The translations under genes were made by a program, and so were the position numbers. From Candidatus Nealsonbacteria bacterium (GTDB taxonomy: Bacteria; Patescibacteriota; Minisyncoccia; Minisyncoccales; CAZKCU01), in assembly GCA_047456305.1 (NCBI GenBank), contig CP179888.1:573307-637306 (forward strand): a DNA stretch of 64,000 bases, in the 5' to 3' direction. Under the pieces are notes generated by a model. It worked only from the letters and a program-made list of their open reading frames with translations, was not told where the DNA came from and searched no databases. Shown piece after piece: positions 44,230 through 52,663 of this stretch (positions are counted from its first letter, which is position 1; each line of letters starts with the position of its first letter).

Positions 44230-44318
44230 TACATACCTCCATCTTTCATTATATTAAAATTTATATTAAAAATTGTCTTAAAGAGCAATTAGTTTTTTTA
44301 AAAGAGCAATTATTCTGA

Positions 44319-44347
44319 ATCATAGCATAACAAGGAAGTAAAGTCAA
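44319..44347 (-). promoter_or_regulatory. Cassette A promoter
   Basis: Minus strand TTGACT, 17 nt, TGCTATGAT. Confidence 0.6.
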
Positions 44348-44563
44348 ATTATAAGGCAATTCGCGCCTTAAAACCTTTGCCTTTACTAACATCGGGTGTT
44401 GGTGAAAAATAAAGACCGAAAAATCGGCAAAAAAAGACCTTGGTTAGAAGAGTTAAGAATTTAAAAAAGAAAATTTTCACTAAAGAAACTTGATAAATTC
44501 TTAACTTAACAAAATAACCTTGGTCTCTTTTTGCACTTTAAAATTTTTTGCCTTTTTGCCCTT

Positions 44564-44818
44564 TTAATGATTTTTATCTTCATTTTTCGATTCCTTCTCC
44601 TTATCGGTAATTTTTCTTTTATAAAAGTAACAACCTGTTAGAATTTCAACGCCTAAAGCGATAATAGCAAAAATTCCTCCAGTCCATATATATTCACGAG
44701 ATTCCTTGGCGATGCCGTAAAAAATTCCACCGATACTACAAAATAAAATTAGAGCAAAAAAAACAATAAAGAAGATACATGCATCAGAATATAATGATTT
44801 ATCATCCATTGAAACCAC
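44564..44818 (-). CDS. Small 2-TM protein with Lys/Glu-rich tail (cassette B, gene 2)
   Basis: ORF track; SD GAGGTGG upstream. Confidence 0.55.
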   Translation of the reverse strand: MVSMDDKSLYSDACIFFIVFFALILFCSIGGIFYGIAKESREYIWTGGIFAIIALGVEILTGCYFYKRKITDKEKESKNEDKNH

Positions 44819-44917
44819 CTCTTTTCATTGAAAATTCTTAGGCAATTGGCCAAATTTCAAAGCGCTTTTATATTTAAGAAGATAAGATAGGAAACCGCTT
44901 CGTTAATAAAAATTTTC

Positions 44918-45331
44918 CTATAAGAAAAAGGCTTTAACTTTACGGTAAAACTCTTCTTCAGAAAAATTTTGCAGAGACATAAACTCTACTTTTGGTTCTT
45001 CTCTGTTTACTCCTTCAGTGTAAATTATATATGGGGGGATATCTTTACTTCCCTTACAAAGCTCTAATGATATTATTTTCACTTTAACCCCACCATCTTT
45101 TTTAATAAGAAAAGAGACACCATTTTTAGACTGATTAAGCCCTTTTGGTTTAATTAAATTCTCGCCCTCGTTTTTTAAGCGACTATAAACCGAAAGAATT
45201 ATTTCATTAATCTCACCGAATTTTTTATTTAATTTATTCTCTTCCAAGCCCTTTTTTCTCGTCTTAGTCTTATTAGTTTTTTTCTTTTTCTTTTCCTTGC
45301 ACTTATTTCTAATATAGTTAAGTCCCCTCAT
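44918..45331 (-). CDS. Hypothetical protein with poly-Lys N-terminus (cassette B, gene 1)
   Basis: ORF track; SD GAGGAGG 6 nt upstream. Confidence 0.5.
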   Translation of the reverse strand: MRGLNYIRNKCKEKKKKKTNKTKTRKKGLEENKLNKKFGEINEIILSVYSRLKNEGENLIKPKGLNQSKNGVSFLIKKDGGVKVKIISLELCKGSKDIPPYIIYTEGVNREEPKVEFMSLQNFSEEEFYRKVKAFFL

Positions 45332-45361
45332 TATACCTCCTCTTTTTAGAATAAAGCGGTT

Positions 45362-45405
45362 CTTGCCTATCTTATCTTTTAAACTTGCCTATCTTATCTT
45401 TTAAA
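45362..45405. repeat. Tandem 22-nt repeat x2 in the cassette B leader
   Basis: CTTGCCTATCTTATCTTTTAAA twice. An inverted partial copy GATAAGATAGG lies at 44881-44891. Confidence 0.85.
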
Positions 45406-45444
45406 ATTTTAAAAGAACAGCAACAACAATAGTAGGTAGTCTAA

Positions 45445-45473
45445 ATAATAGCAAAAGAGGGTAGAGAAGTCAA
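45445..45473 (-). promoter_or_regulatory. Cassette B promoter
   Basis: Minus strand TTGACT, 17 nt, TGCTATTAT. Confidence 0.6.
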
Positions 45474-45490
45474 ATTATGCATTAATAGGT

Positions 45491-45541
45491 AAAAAAGAAC
45501 CCTGTCGGTTAATAAACTTTTGGTTTACCACCAACAGGGTA
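45491..45541 (-). terminator. Terminator of cassette C
   Basis: ACCCTGT...ACAGGGT stem followed by a T-run on the minus strand. Confidence 0.55.
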
Positions 45542-45570
45542 AGGCTTTTGGCTTAAAGTTTGTATTCCTT

Positions 45571-45723
45571 TCAAGATAACTTCTCCGATCTTTCTCGTTT
45601 ATCCTTTCTTTTTTTATTATCACGCTTACTACGAAAATAGACGATTAGAATAGATATTATGGCTATCACATAAACTATTCCTCCTAACAACCATGTTCCT
45701 AAAAGAGATTCATCAGGCAACAT
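45571..45723 (-). CDS. 50-aa single-TM peptide with RSKRDNKKRKDKRERSEKLS tail (cassette C, gene 2)
   Basis: Own translation MLPDESLLGTWLLGGIVYVIAIISILIVYF... Below the ORF-track cutoff. Confidence 0.4.
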   Translation of the reverse strand: MLPDESLLGTWLLGGIVYVIAIISILIVYFRSKRDNKKRKDKRERSEKLS

Positions 45724-45727
45724 TTTT

Positions 45728-46045
45728 TTACTCACCCCTCTTAATCATTTTCATTCTCGACTCATAACAAATAGAATCTCCCAAGGCAAAAATTATCGCA
45801 TAAATCCCCGACAGAACTACAAAGGGACCTATGCCCAGAAGTATTTTTAGATGTCCCTGACCAATAACTCCCTTCCAAATAAGCGCTGCACCAAAAACAA
45901 TAAAAGTCAAAGCAACAAACCATGATATAAAGACACCTACTAATCTCTCCTTCATATTATTCAAAAACACTAAACCAACAAGATACATAAGACCCCATAA
46001 GACAACAAGGCCAATAACGCAACCAATAAGAATATCCCAAACCAT
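45728..46045 (-). CDS. Small polytopic membrane protein (cassette C, gene 1)
   Basis: ORF track; 3-4 hydrophobic helices; SD AAGGAAG upstream. Confidence 0.55.
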   Translation of the reverse strand: MVWDILIGCVIGLVVLWGLMYLVGLVFLNNMKERLVGVFISWFVALTFIVFGAALIWKGVIGQGHLKILLGIGPFVVLSGIYAIIFALGDSICYESRMKMIKRGE

Positions 46046-46155
46046 CTTACTTCCTTTCTCTCAAAGTTTTTAATAAAAATTTATATTAAAAATTGTCTCT
46101 TCAAAGTCTTTTTAAAGAGCAATTAGTTTTTAAAGAACAACACCACCTAATTTGA

Positions 46156-46184
46156 ATAATAGCATAATAGGGGAGAGAAGTCAA
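46156..46184 (-). promoter_or_regulatory. Cassette C promoter
   Basis: Minus strand TTGACT, 17 nt, TGCTATTAT. Confidence 0.6.
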
Positions 46185-46196
46185 ATAAAAGCTTTT

Positions 46197-46760
46197 TCAC
46201 TCAATTCTTCTTACATATTCGCCACTCTGGGTATTTACCTCAATAATATCTCCTTCTTTAATGAATATGGGAACGCTTATTTTGACTCCGGTTTCCAGGG
46301 TTACTTGTTTGGTGCCAGCTTCTGCCCTGCCAGCCCTGACTCCTGGTGGAGCTTCAACAACTTTTAAATGAACCTTAATTGGCAAAGAAATATTAACAAT
46401 TTTCTCTTTGTAAATCAGAGTTTCAACGATTTGCCTTGGCTTCAAAAATTGAGCCTGATACCCAATTTGCTCTTGGGTCAAATTAAATCTCTTAGCTGGC
46501 TGGTCAATTTCTGAGAAGAAATATTGACTGCGATGAGCATACAAAAACTTTGTTTGAAGCTTCTTTAGTTCTGCCTCTTCAAAAACATCTGAGGGGTGAA
46601 AGGTCTGGGAAATTATATTTCCAGTAATCAAGTTTTTAATTTTTGCTTGTAAAACTGAATGACCCCTTCCTTTGAAGAGAGGCCGAGCTTCCAAAATTTC
46701 GTGGGGTTCTTTATTTAAAATAATCCTTAATCCTTTTTTGAGTTCGCTGTAAGAAATCAT
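46197..46760 (-). CDS. efp: Elongation factor P
   Basis: MISYSELKKGLRI...FKGRGHSVLQAKIKNLITG and three-domain length. Confidence 0.9.
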   Translation of the reverse strand: MISYSELKKGLRIILNKEPHEILEARPLFKGRGHSVLQAKIKNLITGNIISQTFHPSDVFEEAELKKLQTKFLYAHRSQYFFSEIDQPAKRFNLTQEQIGYQAQFLKPRQIVETLIYKEKIVNISLPIKVHLKVVEAPPGVRAGRAEAGTKQVTLETGVKISVPIFIKEGDIIEVNTQSGEYVRRIE

Positions 46761-46766
46761 TATGAG

Positions 46767-47717
46767 TTATTTGAGCACTAAACCGATGAATTTTAAGTGG
46801 CCCCTTAAAAATTCTTCAGAACTCATTGTTTTTTTCCCCTCGAGTTGGAGTTTTTCAATTACAAGAAAATCTTTTCCAGTCTGAACAGCAATTTTATCAT
46901 TGGGAGCTAAAAAAGTCTTTCCAGGAACACCGAAAGGACCATTTTTTGTTTGTTTTAAAATATCAGCTTTTAATATCTTTAATTTTTGAGACTTTTGATT
47001 CGAAATTTGGAACTCAGAGAAACTTCCCGGCCAGGGCTGAAAAGCTCTAATTTGCCGCTCAATAGATTCTGCTGGTTTTTTCCAATCAATTTTCCCATCT
47101 TCTTTCTTAAGAATTTTTGTATAGGTTGCCCTTGAGTCATCTTGGGGTTTTGGCTCAATTTCACCATTTATCCATTTTGGAATAGTTTCTAGAAGGAGTT
47201 TAGCTCCTAACTCTGCTAATTTTTGAGAAAGTTCTGGATAAGTAATTTTCTCATTGGAAATTGGAAATTGGAAATTGGAAATTACCTTACCCTGGTCCAG
47301 TTTCTCTGTCATTAAAATTATCGTTACTCCGGTTTCTTTATCACCATTTAAAATAGTATATTGGATTGGAGAGCTGCCGCGATATTCTGGCAATAATGAA
47401 GGATGAATATTCAAGCAACCGTACTGAGGAATATCTAATATATCATTAGGTATTATTTGACCATAGGCGCATACAATTATTAAGTCAGGTTTTAGATTTA
47501 AGATTTCAGATTTAAGATTAAAGATTGCTTCTGGTTGTAGCACGGGAATATTATATTTTTTAGCTGAATTTTTGACGGGTGGGGGAGTGATAATTTGTTT
47601 ACGACCAACCGGTTTGTCAGGCACAGTTACAATTAAAACTGGCTTAAAATTTGCTTTAATAAGCTCTTCTAAAATAATTACTCCAAATTCTGGAGTACCA
47701 ATAAATATTATCTTCAT
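46767..47717 (-). CDS. fmt: Methionyl-tRNA formyltransferase
   Basis: MKIIFIGTPEF, NIHPSLLPEYRGSSPIQ. Contains a heptamer repeat and AAGATT-type low-complexity inserts. Confidence 0.9.
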   Translation of the reverse strand: MKIIFIGTPEFGVIILEELIKANFKPVLIVTVPDKPVGRKQIITPPPVKNSAKKYNIPVLQPEAIFNLKSEILNLKPDLIIVCAYGQIIPNDILDIPQYGCLNIHPSLLPEYRGSSPIQYTILNGDKETGVTIILMTEKLDQGKVISNFQFPISNEKITYPELSQKLAELGAKLLLETIPKWINGEIEPKPQDDSRATYTKILKKEDGKIDWKKPAESIERQIRAFQPWPGSFSEFQISNQKSQKLKILKADILKQTKNGPFGVPGKTFLAPNDKIAVQTGKDFLVIEKLQLEGKKTMSSEEFLRGHLKFIGLVLK

Positions 47718-47729
47718 AAGAAATTTAAT

Positions 47730-48407
47730 CTATTTAATAGTTCTCCATTCTATTTCTTCTTTTTTTCCTGCAAACTCCAACCAATCGCCTTCTGGGCTAA
47801 TTACATACCATTTTCTCTTAGTTTCTGACCAGACCATTAGATTATTTTGATAGTAAGGTTTCTTAACAATTTCTTTTGGCTTTAATCTATCTAACTCTAA
47901 CCATTTTTTAAAGACGGTCTCAATGGCATAGTCTAAGTCTCTTGATTTTGCCCATTCAGCCACTTTATCTATTGCTTTTTTGGCTTTTTTTATCGAACCA
48001 GCCAGTTCGAGCAGCTGTTTTGCCGGCCTGGTAAATCTCGAATAAATTATTCTTCTTTTTTTAGCGTTTCTTTTTAATTCATATAAGCTCAACCCTTTAG
48101 TTTTAAAATAATGAGTAATAATTTGACGGATGGCTGTTTCTTTTTTTAGCTCTTCGTAATACTTAATTTTTCCTTTTTTTAAATACTCCTCAATTTTCTT
48201 GGCAATACTTTTGCCTATTCCTGGGATTTTTTCAATTCCCTTAATACCTTCTTCTTTATAAATTAAAGAAGCATCTTTTTTTAAACTTTCCAAAGCTCCA
48301 GCTGCCCTTCGGTAAGCTCTGGGTTTAAAAGCCACCCCTTTTATTTCCAGAAGTTCGGCTATTTTATAAAATATCTTTGCAATTTTTTTATTATTCATAT
48401 TTTTCAA
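47730..48407 (-). CDS. Helix-hairpin-helix protein (Pol X N-terminal-like domain + unknown C-domain)
   Basis: IAKIFYKIAELLEIKGVAFKPRAYRRAAGALE...IPGIGKSIAKKIEEYL. Confidence 0.5.
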   Translation of the reverse strand: MKNMNNKKIAKIFYKIAELLEIKGVAFKPRAYRRAAGALESLKKDASLIYKEEGIKGIEKIPGIGKSIAKKIEEYLKKGKIKYYEELKKETAIRQIITHYFKTKGLSLYELKRNAKKRRIIYSRFTRPAKQLLELAGSIKKAKKAIDKVAEWAKSRDLDYAIETVFKKWLELDRLKPKEIVKKPYYQNNLMVWSETKRKWYVISPEGDWLEFAGKKEEIEWRTIK

Positions 48408-48969
48408 CTGTAAATTTATAAATAATAATTTTTTCTTTTTTAGGGTCTATTCCTCCTTTCTGACAGGCAATAGAAATTTGTTTCTCAATTGTATCTATTC
48501 CTTCCAAATCCGGCAGCAAGAGAGCGGATTTTGCTACAGCGTGACCGTTAAAGACCACGTCTGTCCTATTGGGTGAGAGAATAGGGGTTGTTTTGACAAT
48601 AATACCATATTTTTTAGGATTTAATTCTTTGATATCCTGTACTAACTCTGGCTCACTTAAAATATAAACAGTATAAGAAAGATAGGGGAGCTCAGTTTTT
48701 TGAATTGGCCCGAAACGGTAATCCTCGGTGGCAGCGGCAATGGCATTGAAAACAATTTCTTTGGCAATATTTTCTTTTGTCGGCAGGTAAGTCCCAATAC
48801 ACCCCCGCAATTGGCCATTTTTCTCAATAGTAACAAAAGTGCCGGCTTTTCGGTCTTGTATCTCTTTTACTAAATCATTTGGTACCTCAATAATTTCTCC
48901 TTTTTCAACATAACTTTCTACTACCCTTTTGGCTAACCCAACATAAGGGTTCATTATTTTATTTATCAT
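48391..48969 (-). CDS. AMMECR1-domain protein
   Basis: LRGCIGTY motif and family-typical length. Confidence 0.8.
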   Translation of the reverse strand: MINKIMNPYVGLAKRVVESYVEKGEIIEVPNDLVKEIQDRKAGTFVTIEKNGQLRGCIGTYLPTKENIAKEIVFNAIAAATEDYRFGPIQKTELPYLSYTVYILSEPELVQDIKELNPKKYGIIVKTTPILSPNRTDVVFNGHAVAKSALLLPDLEGIDTIEKQISIACQKGGIDPKKEKIIIYKFTVEKYE

Positions 48970-48974
48970 TTACT

Positions 48975-49274
48975 TTATGCATTTTTAATTCTTTCTGCTT
49001 CGGTTTCGACTATTTTACCATCATATTCGCCGCTATGAGCTGGAGCCCCTTTATAAATGGGCTTTTTCTGGTCAAGGTGCAAGTTAATAAATATCTCTCC
49101 GGTCTTTTTATTTTCTTTGAGATAAATATGGAATCGGGGATAGTTATTTGGCCCAAGGGAGTGGGTGAAAGCTAATTCCTCTTTTTCCTTGTCTGTTCCT
49201 TGGAAATGATAGCCAATTTCTCTCATTAAATTTACAACATTCTTCCCCGATACATTTTTGACAACAAATTTCAT
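48975..49274 (-). CDS. Hypothetical protein
   Basis: ORF track only. Confidence 0.4.
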   Translation of the reverse strand: MKFVVKNVSGKNVVNLMREIGYHFQGTDKEKEELAFTHSLGPNNYPRFHIYLKENKKTGEIFINLHLDQKKPIYKGAPAHSGEYDGKIVETEAERIKNA

Positions 49275-50251
49275 AATCTAATTTCTTTTTCGAGCCAGGG
49301 GATTTTTTGGGTTTTTCTTTTCCAAAAAATATCTTCCCAAATGTAATGTACTGCAAGCTGTTTATATTTTCCATATCTTTCAAAATACTTCAATAATTTT
49401 TTAACCGGCACAGGATTTTTAGGGTTTCTGTTAAAGAAAAGTTTTGAATAAATTTTTTGCTCCCAAGGTGAAATATGGTTGAAAAAATTCCAATGATGGA
49501 AAACATCAAAAAGCAGATACCAAACGGTTGCAGGACCGACACCATACATTTTCAACAATTCTTTCATCTGTGTTTCTCTGTCTTTCTTTCTTAATTCCTG
49601 TTCATTAATTATTTCTTGAACAAAATAATCATCAATTTTTTTAATTGATTTTGCCCGGTAACCAATTTTTAGTACCCGTAACTCTCTCTCACTAATTTTT
49701 TGAAGTTTTCCCGGTATCCAAAAATTCCATAGTTTTTTGTTATCAAATTCAAGTAATGTTCCATAGTTCTCTAAAAGTACTTTAAACATTTGAACCGACC
49801 GCTTCACCGAAGCATTTTGTAAAACTATCCCGATTATCAAATACTCATACAAAGAGCTTGGGTGTCCTGGACGCATGCCGCGCCATTTTTTCAGAATAGG
49901 ATAGAGAAAATTATCTTTCTTAAAAATTTTATAAAAATCATTTAATTTAAGATTAAAATTGTAACGATATTTAATTTCCTCAATCAAAGAATTAAGAAAA
50001 TCATCTGAAAGTTTATCTTTCGCGTAAATCTTTATTGCGACTAAAGGATTATTAATTGTTCCTTTATCGGAAAATTTAATGCCCAACGGTTTATTTTTCC
50101 AATTCCAAGTTTGCCAACGAACGCCTTTTTTCCAATAATTATCTCCCGAGGTGAAGTGGTCTGGTTTATGAAAGGTTGGGTCAAAGGCAAATGGTTTTAT
50201 TGGTTTAACTCTAATTGTCTTTTGTAGTTTCAACTTAATAGGTTTCTTCAT
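49271..50251 (-). CDS. HhH-GPD-like DNA glycosylase (AlkA/Ogg-like, tentative)
   Basis: LLKMYGVGPATVWYLLF helix-hairpin-helix element in a helical protein. Catalytic residues not verified. Confidence 0.45.
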   Translation of the reverse strand: MKKPIKLKLQKTIRVKPIKPFAFDPTFHKPDHFTSGDNYWKKGVRWQTWNWKNKPLGIKFSDKGTINNPLVAIKIYAKDKLSDDFLNSLIEEIKYRYNFNLKLNDFYKIFKKDNFLYPILKKWRGMRPGHPSSLYEYLIIGIVLQNASVKRSVQMFKVLLENYGTLLEFDNKKLWNFWIPGKLQKISERELRVLKIGYRAKSIKKIDDYFVQEIINEQELRKKDRETQMKELLKMYGVGPATVWYLLFDVFHHWNFFNHISPWEQKIYSKLFFNRNPKNPVPVKKLLKYFERYGKYKQLAVHYIWEDIFWKRKTQKIPWLEKEIRL

Positions 50252-50322
50252 ATATCAGCTTTATTTTTTTGCTTTAATTTCCCTTTTAAGTATAAATAAT
50301 TTCCAATATTTTTTATTATTTT

Positions 50323-50937
50323 TCATTTTAAATTAATAATTCCGTATATTGCAACTTTTCTTTTTTTTCGTCTTGCCCACCAATAATCACCGTATGACCA
50401 ATGCCAAAATTCTTTCGGATAATTAGAGAAGCCAGCTTTTGCCATTGCCTTAATTAAAATTTCCCGATTTTTCCTCAAATAGTTAGGTAATCTCTTGCTA
50501 TAGGTTCTTGCTGATTCTTGATAAGATAATTTTTTACTAACCATTGGTAATTTTTTTCCATTCTTACCTATAATTCGGATATCTACTGCCGCTCCTGTCA
50601 TATGCCCCGAGGCATATTTTCCTTTCCAAGGGGCAACATATTTATTGACTTCTCTAATGATTCTCTTTTCATTCCATTTTGGATATTGTGTAGATAGTTT
50701 CTTAATAAGACTATGATAAATTTGTTTCTGATACCAGGCTGGCCTCCAACCCTCTCCTATTAAAATTCTCATTCCTTTTGGAAGACTCCTTTGAGCTTGA
50801 TTTAACATTTTGGCAATTGTTTTTCTAATATAAGGGCCGTGTCTTTTTAATATTTTTTTAGGAATTTCAATTGAAACCTTAGGACAGGTCTTCCGAAGAT
50901 TAACTAATGGTTCTTGATTATCTTTGATAATAATCAT
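50323..50937 (-). CDS. M15-family D-Ala-D-Ala peptidase (VanX/VanY-like)
   Basis: SGHMTGAAVDI (HxxGxAxD) and EFWHWSY. Confidence 0.65.
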   Translation of the reverse strand: MIIIKDNQEPLVNLRKTCPKVSIEIPKKILKRHGPYIRKTIAKMLNQAQRSLPKGMRILIGEGWRPAWYQKQIYHSLIKKLSTQYPKWNEKRIIREVNKYVAPWKGKYASGHMTGAAVDIRIIGKNGKKLPMVSKKLSYQESARTYSKRLPNYLRKNREILIKAMAKAGFSNYPKEFWHWSYGDYWWARRKKRKVAIYGIINLK

Positions 50938-50948
50938 AATTTTTAATT

Positions 50949-51557
50949 TTAAAGTTTAAAATTTGCTACTAAATATCCCACCCCAAAAGGGCCTTCGTAA
51001 GATAAAATTTCTGGCTGATAATTTATTCCTGAGGCTTCTAAAATTCCCAAAAGAAAACAAAATGACCTCAAGCCACATTCACCAGCTTCTGGAAACATCT
51101 CATCTAATTTTAAAATTGTTTCAATGTCTTTTTTCTTTAATGCTTCAATTAATGCTTTATCAAATTTTGGGCCATCGGGATGAAATCCGTAGGGTCCATC
51201 TTCTTTTAAGCAGTGGGACATATCGCCGGAGGCAATTAAAGCATATTTTTTATTTTTGTCTAATTCTTGATAAACTTTTTTTCCTTTTTCAAAATAAAAT
51301 TCAGGCGTTTCCAATCCCATTAAATAAGTTTCAATTCCTCCTTTAAAATCTTTTGCTAGAAAATATAAAGGGACATTAAAGCCCCAATCAGGATGGGGAG
51401 AAGAAATAATTATTGAATCCGGATTTGATTCTTTTAATTTCTCGCCCAAACTATTTAAACTTTCAATAGTTTTTTTAACCTGCTTTCTGTCTTTTTCAGA
51501 ACCAACCGAAGGAAATAATATGGGTGGATGGGGAGAAATGGCTGCAAAATTTAACAT
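50949..51557 (-). CDS. LigB/Memo-superfamily (class III extradiol dioxygenase-like) protein
   Basis: MLNFAAISPHPPILFP N-terminus and SGDMSH. Shorter than typical Memo. Confidence 0.5.
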   Translation of the reverse strand: MLNFAAISPHPPILFPSVGSEKDRKQVKKTIESLNSLGEKLKESNPDSIIISSPHPDWGFNVPLYFLAKDFKGGIETYLMGLETPEFYFEKGKKVYQELDKNKKYALIASGDMSHCLKEDGPYGFHPDGPKFDKALIEALKKKDIETILKLDEMFPEAGECGLRSFCFLLGILEASGINYQPEILSYEGPFGVGYLVANFKL

Positions 51558-51603
51558 ATTATCTCAAGGCGATGAAAACATTGTTTTCATCTTCACGCTT
51601 CGC

Positions 51604-52623
51604 TTACGCTCGCGTAATTAAATTTAAATCTTCCCCGCATTTGGGGCATAGACCCTGTTTATCGTAGCGCGAAATTGTATAGCCAGTTCTGTCAATTACC
51701 AAAGCATTACATTTGGGACAGAAAGTGTCTTCAGACGGTAATCCTGGAATATTACCTGTATAAACATATTTTAAGCCAGCTTTTTTTCCAATATTATAAG
51801 CTTTTTCTAAAGTTTCAACTGACGTATCAGAGAGATATTGGAGCTTCCAGGAAATTGCTCCACAAAATTGACTGATATGCCAAGGAGTTTCGGGGCCCAA
51901 TTCTTCTTTTATAAACTTGGCGATTTTTTTAAAGTTTTCTTCGGAATCATTTAAGGTTGGGATAATTAAAGTTGTTATTTCCAACCAAATTTTTTTCTGC
52001 TTTACTCTTTTCAAGGTATCTAAAACAGGTTGGAGCCGACCGCCAGAATATTTAATATAAAATTCATCAGTAAAACCTTTTAAATCAATATTAGCTGCAT
52101 CCAAATAAGAAGAAATTAAATCGAAAAGTTCTTTTGACCAAAACCCGTTGCTCACCCAGTTATTTTTTAAGCCTGCTTTTTTGGCTAATTTCATAGTATC
52201 AAAAGCATATTCGGAAAAGACACCAGGTTCGGTATAGGTATAAGAAATACTAGGTAATTTGTTTTTCAAAGCCATTTGGACAATTTCTCTTGGTGGCAAA
52301 TCTTCACCTAAAACTGGTCTGTCTGGCTTTGGCGCTTGAGAGATATCCCAATTTTGGCATGACTTGCAAGTGAAATTACAGCCGACAGTGGCAATAGAAA
52401 GAGATTGGCTTCCGGGTAAAAAATGGAAAAATGGCTTCTTTTCAATCGGATCAATATTTAAAGCAACAGCTTTACCATAGACTAAAGAATAAAGTTTACC
52501 TGCTTTGTTTCCCCTTACTCCGCAAATCCCTCTTTTACCATTTTCAATAATACAGAAATGAGCACAATTTCGGCACTGGACTTTTTTCTCAGAAAGTTTT
52601 TTATATAAATAAGCTTCTTTCAT
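51604..52623 (-). CDS. AmmeMemoRadiSam-type radical SAM enzyme
   Basis: GCNFTCKSCQNW (CxxxCxxC), N-terminal CRNCAHFC cluster, C-terminal CPKC...CPKC. Confidence 0.8.
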   Translation of the reverse strand: MKEAYLYKKLSEKKVQCRNCAHFCIIENGKRGICGVRGNKAGKLYSLVYGKAVALNIDPIEKKPFFHFLPGSQSLSIATVGCNFTCKSCQNWDISQAPKPDRPVLGEDLPPREIVQMALKNKLPSISYTYTEPGVFSEYAFDTMKLAKKAGLKNNWVSNGFWSKELFDLISSYLDAANIDLKGFTDEFYIKYSGGRLQPVLDTLKRVKQKKIWLEITTLIIPTLNDSEENFKKIAKFIKEELGPETPWHISQFCGAISWKLQYLSDTSVETLEKAYNIGKKAGLKYVYTGNIPGLPSEDTFCPKCNALVIDRTGYTISRYDKQGLCPKCGEDLNLITRA

Positions 52624-52663
52624 ACTTCAATTTTAAATCTTTTTATGATAAAATTCAATTGAT

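Noticed and set aside
46152-46367. 71-aa plus-strand ORF at the efp 3' end
   Set aside because: Antisense to efp and overlaps the cassette C promoter. No coding support.
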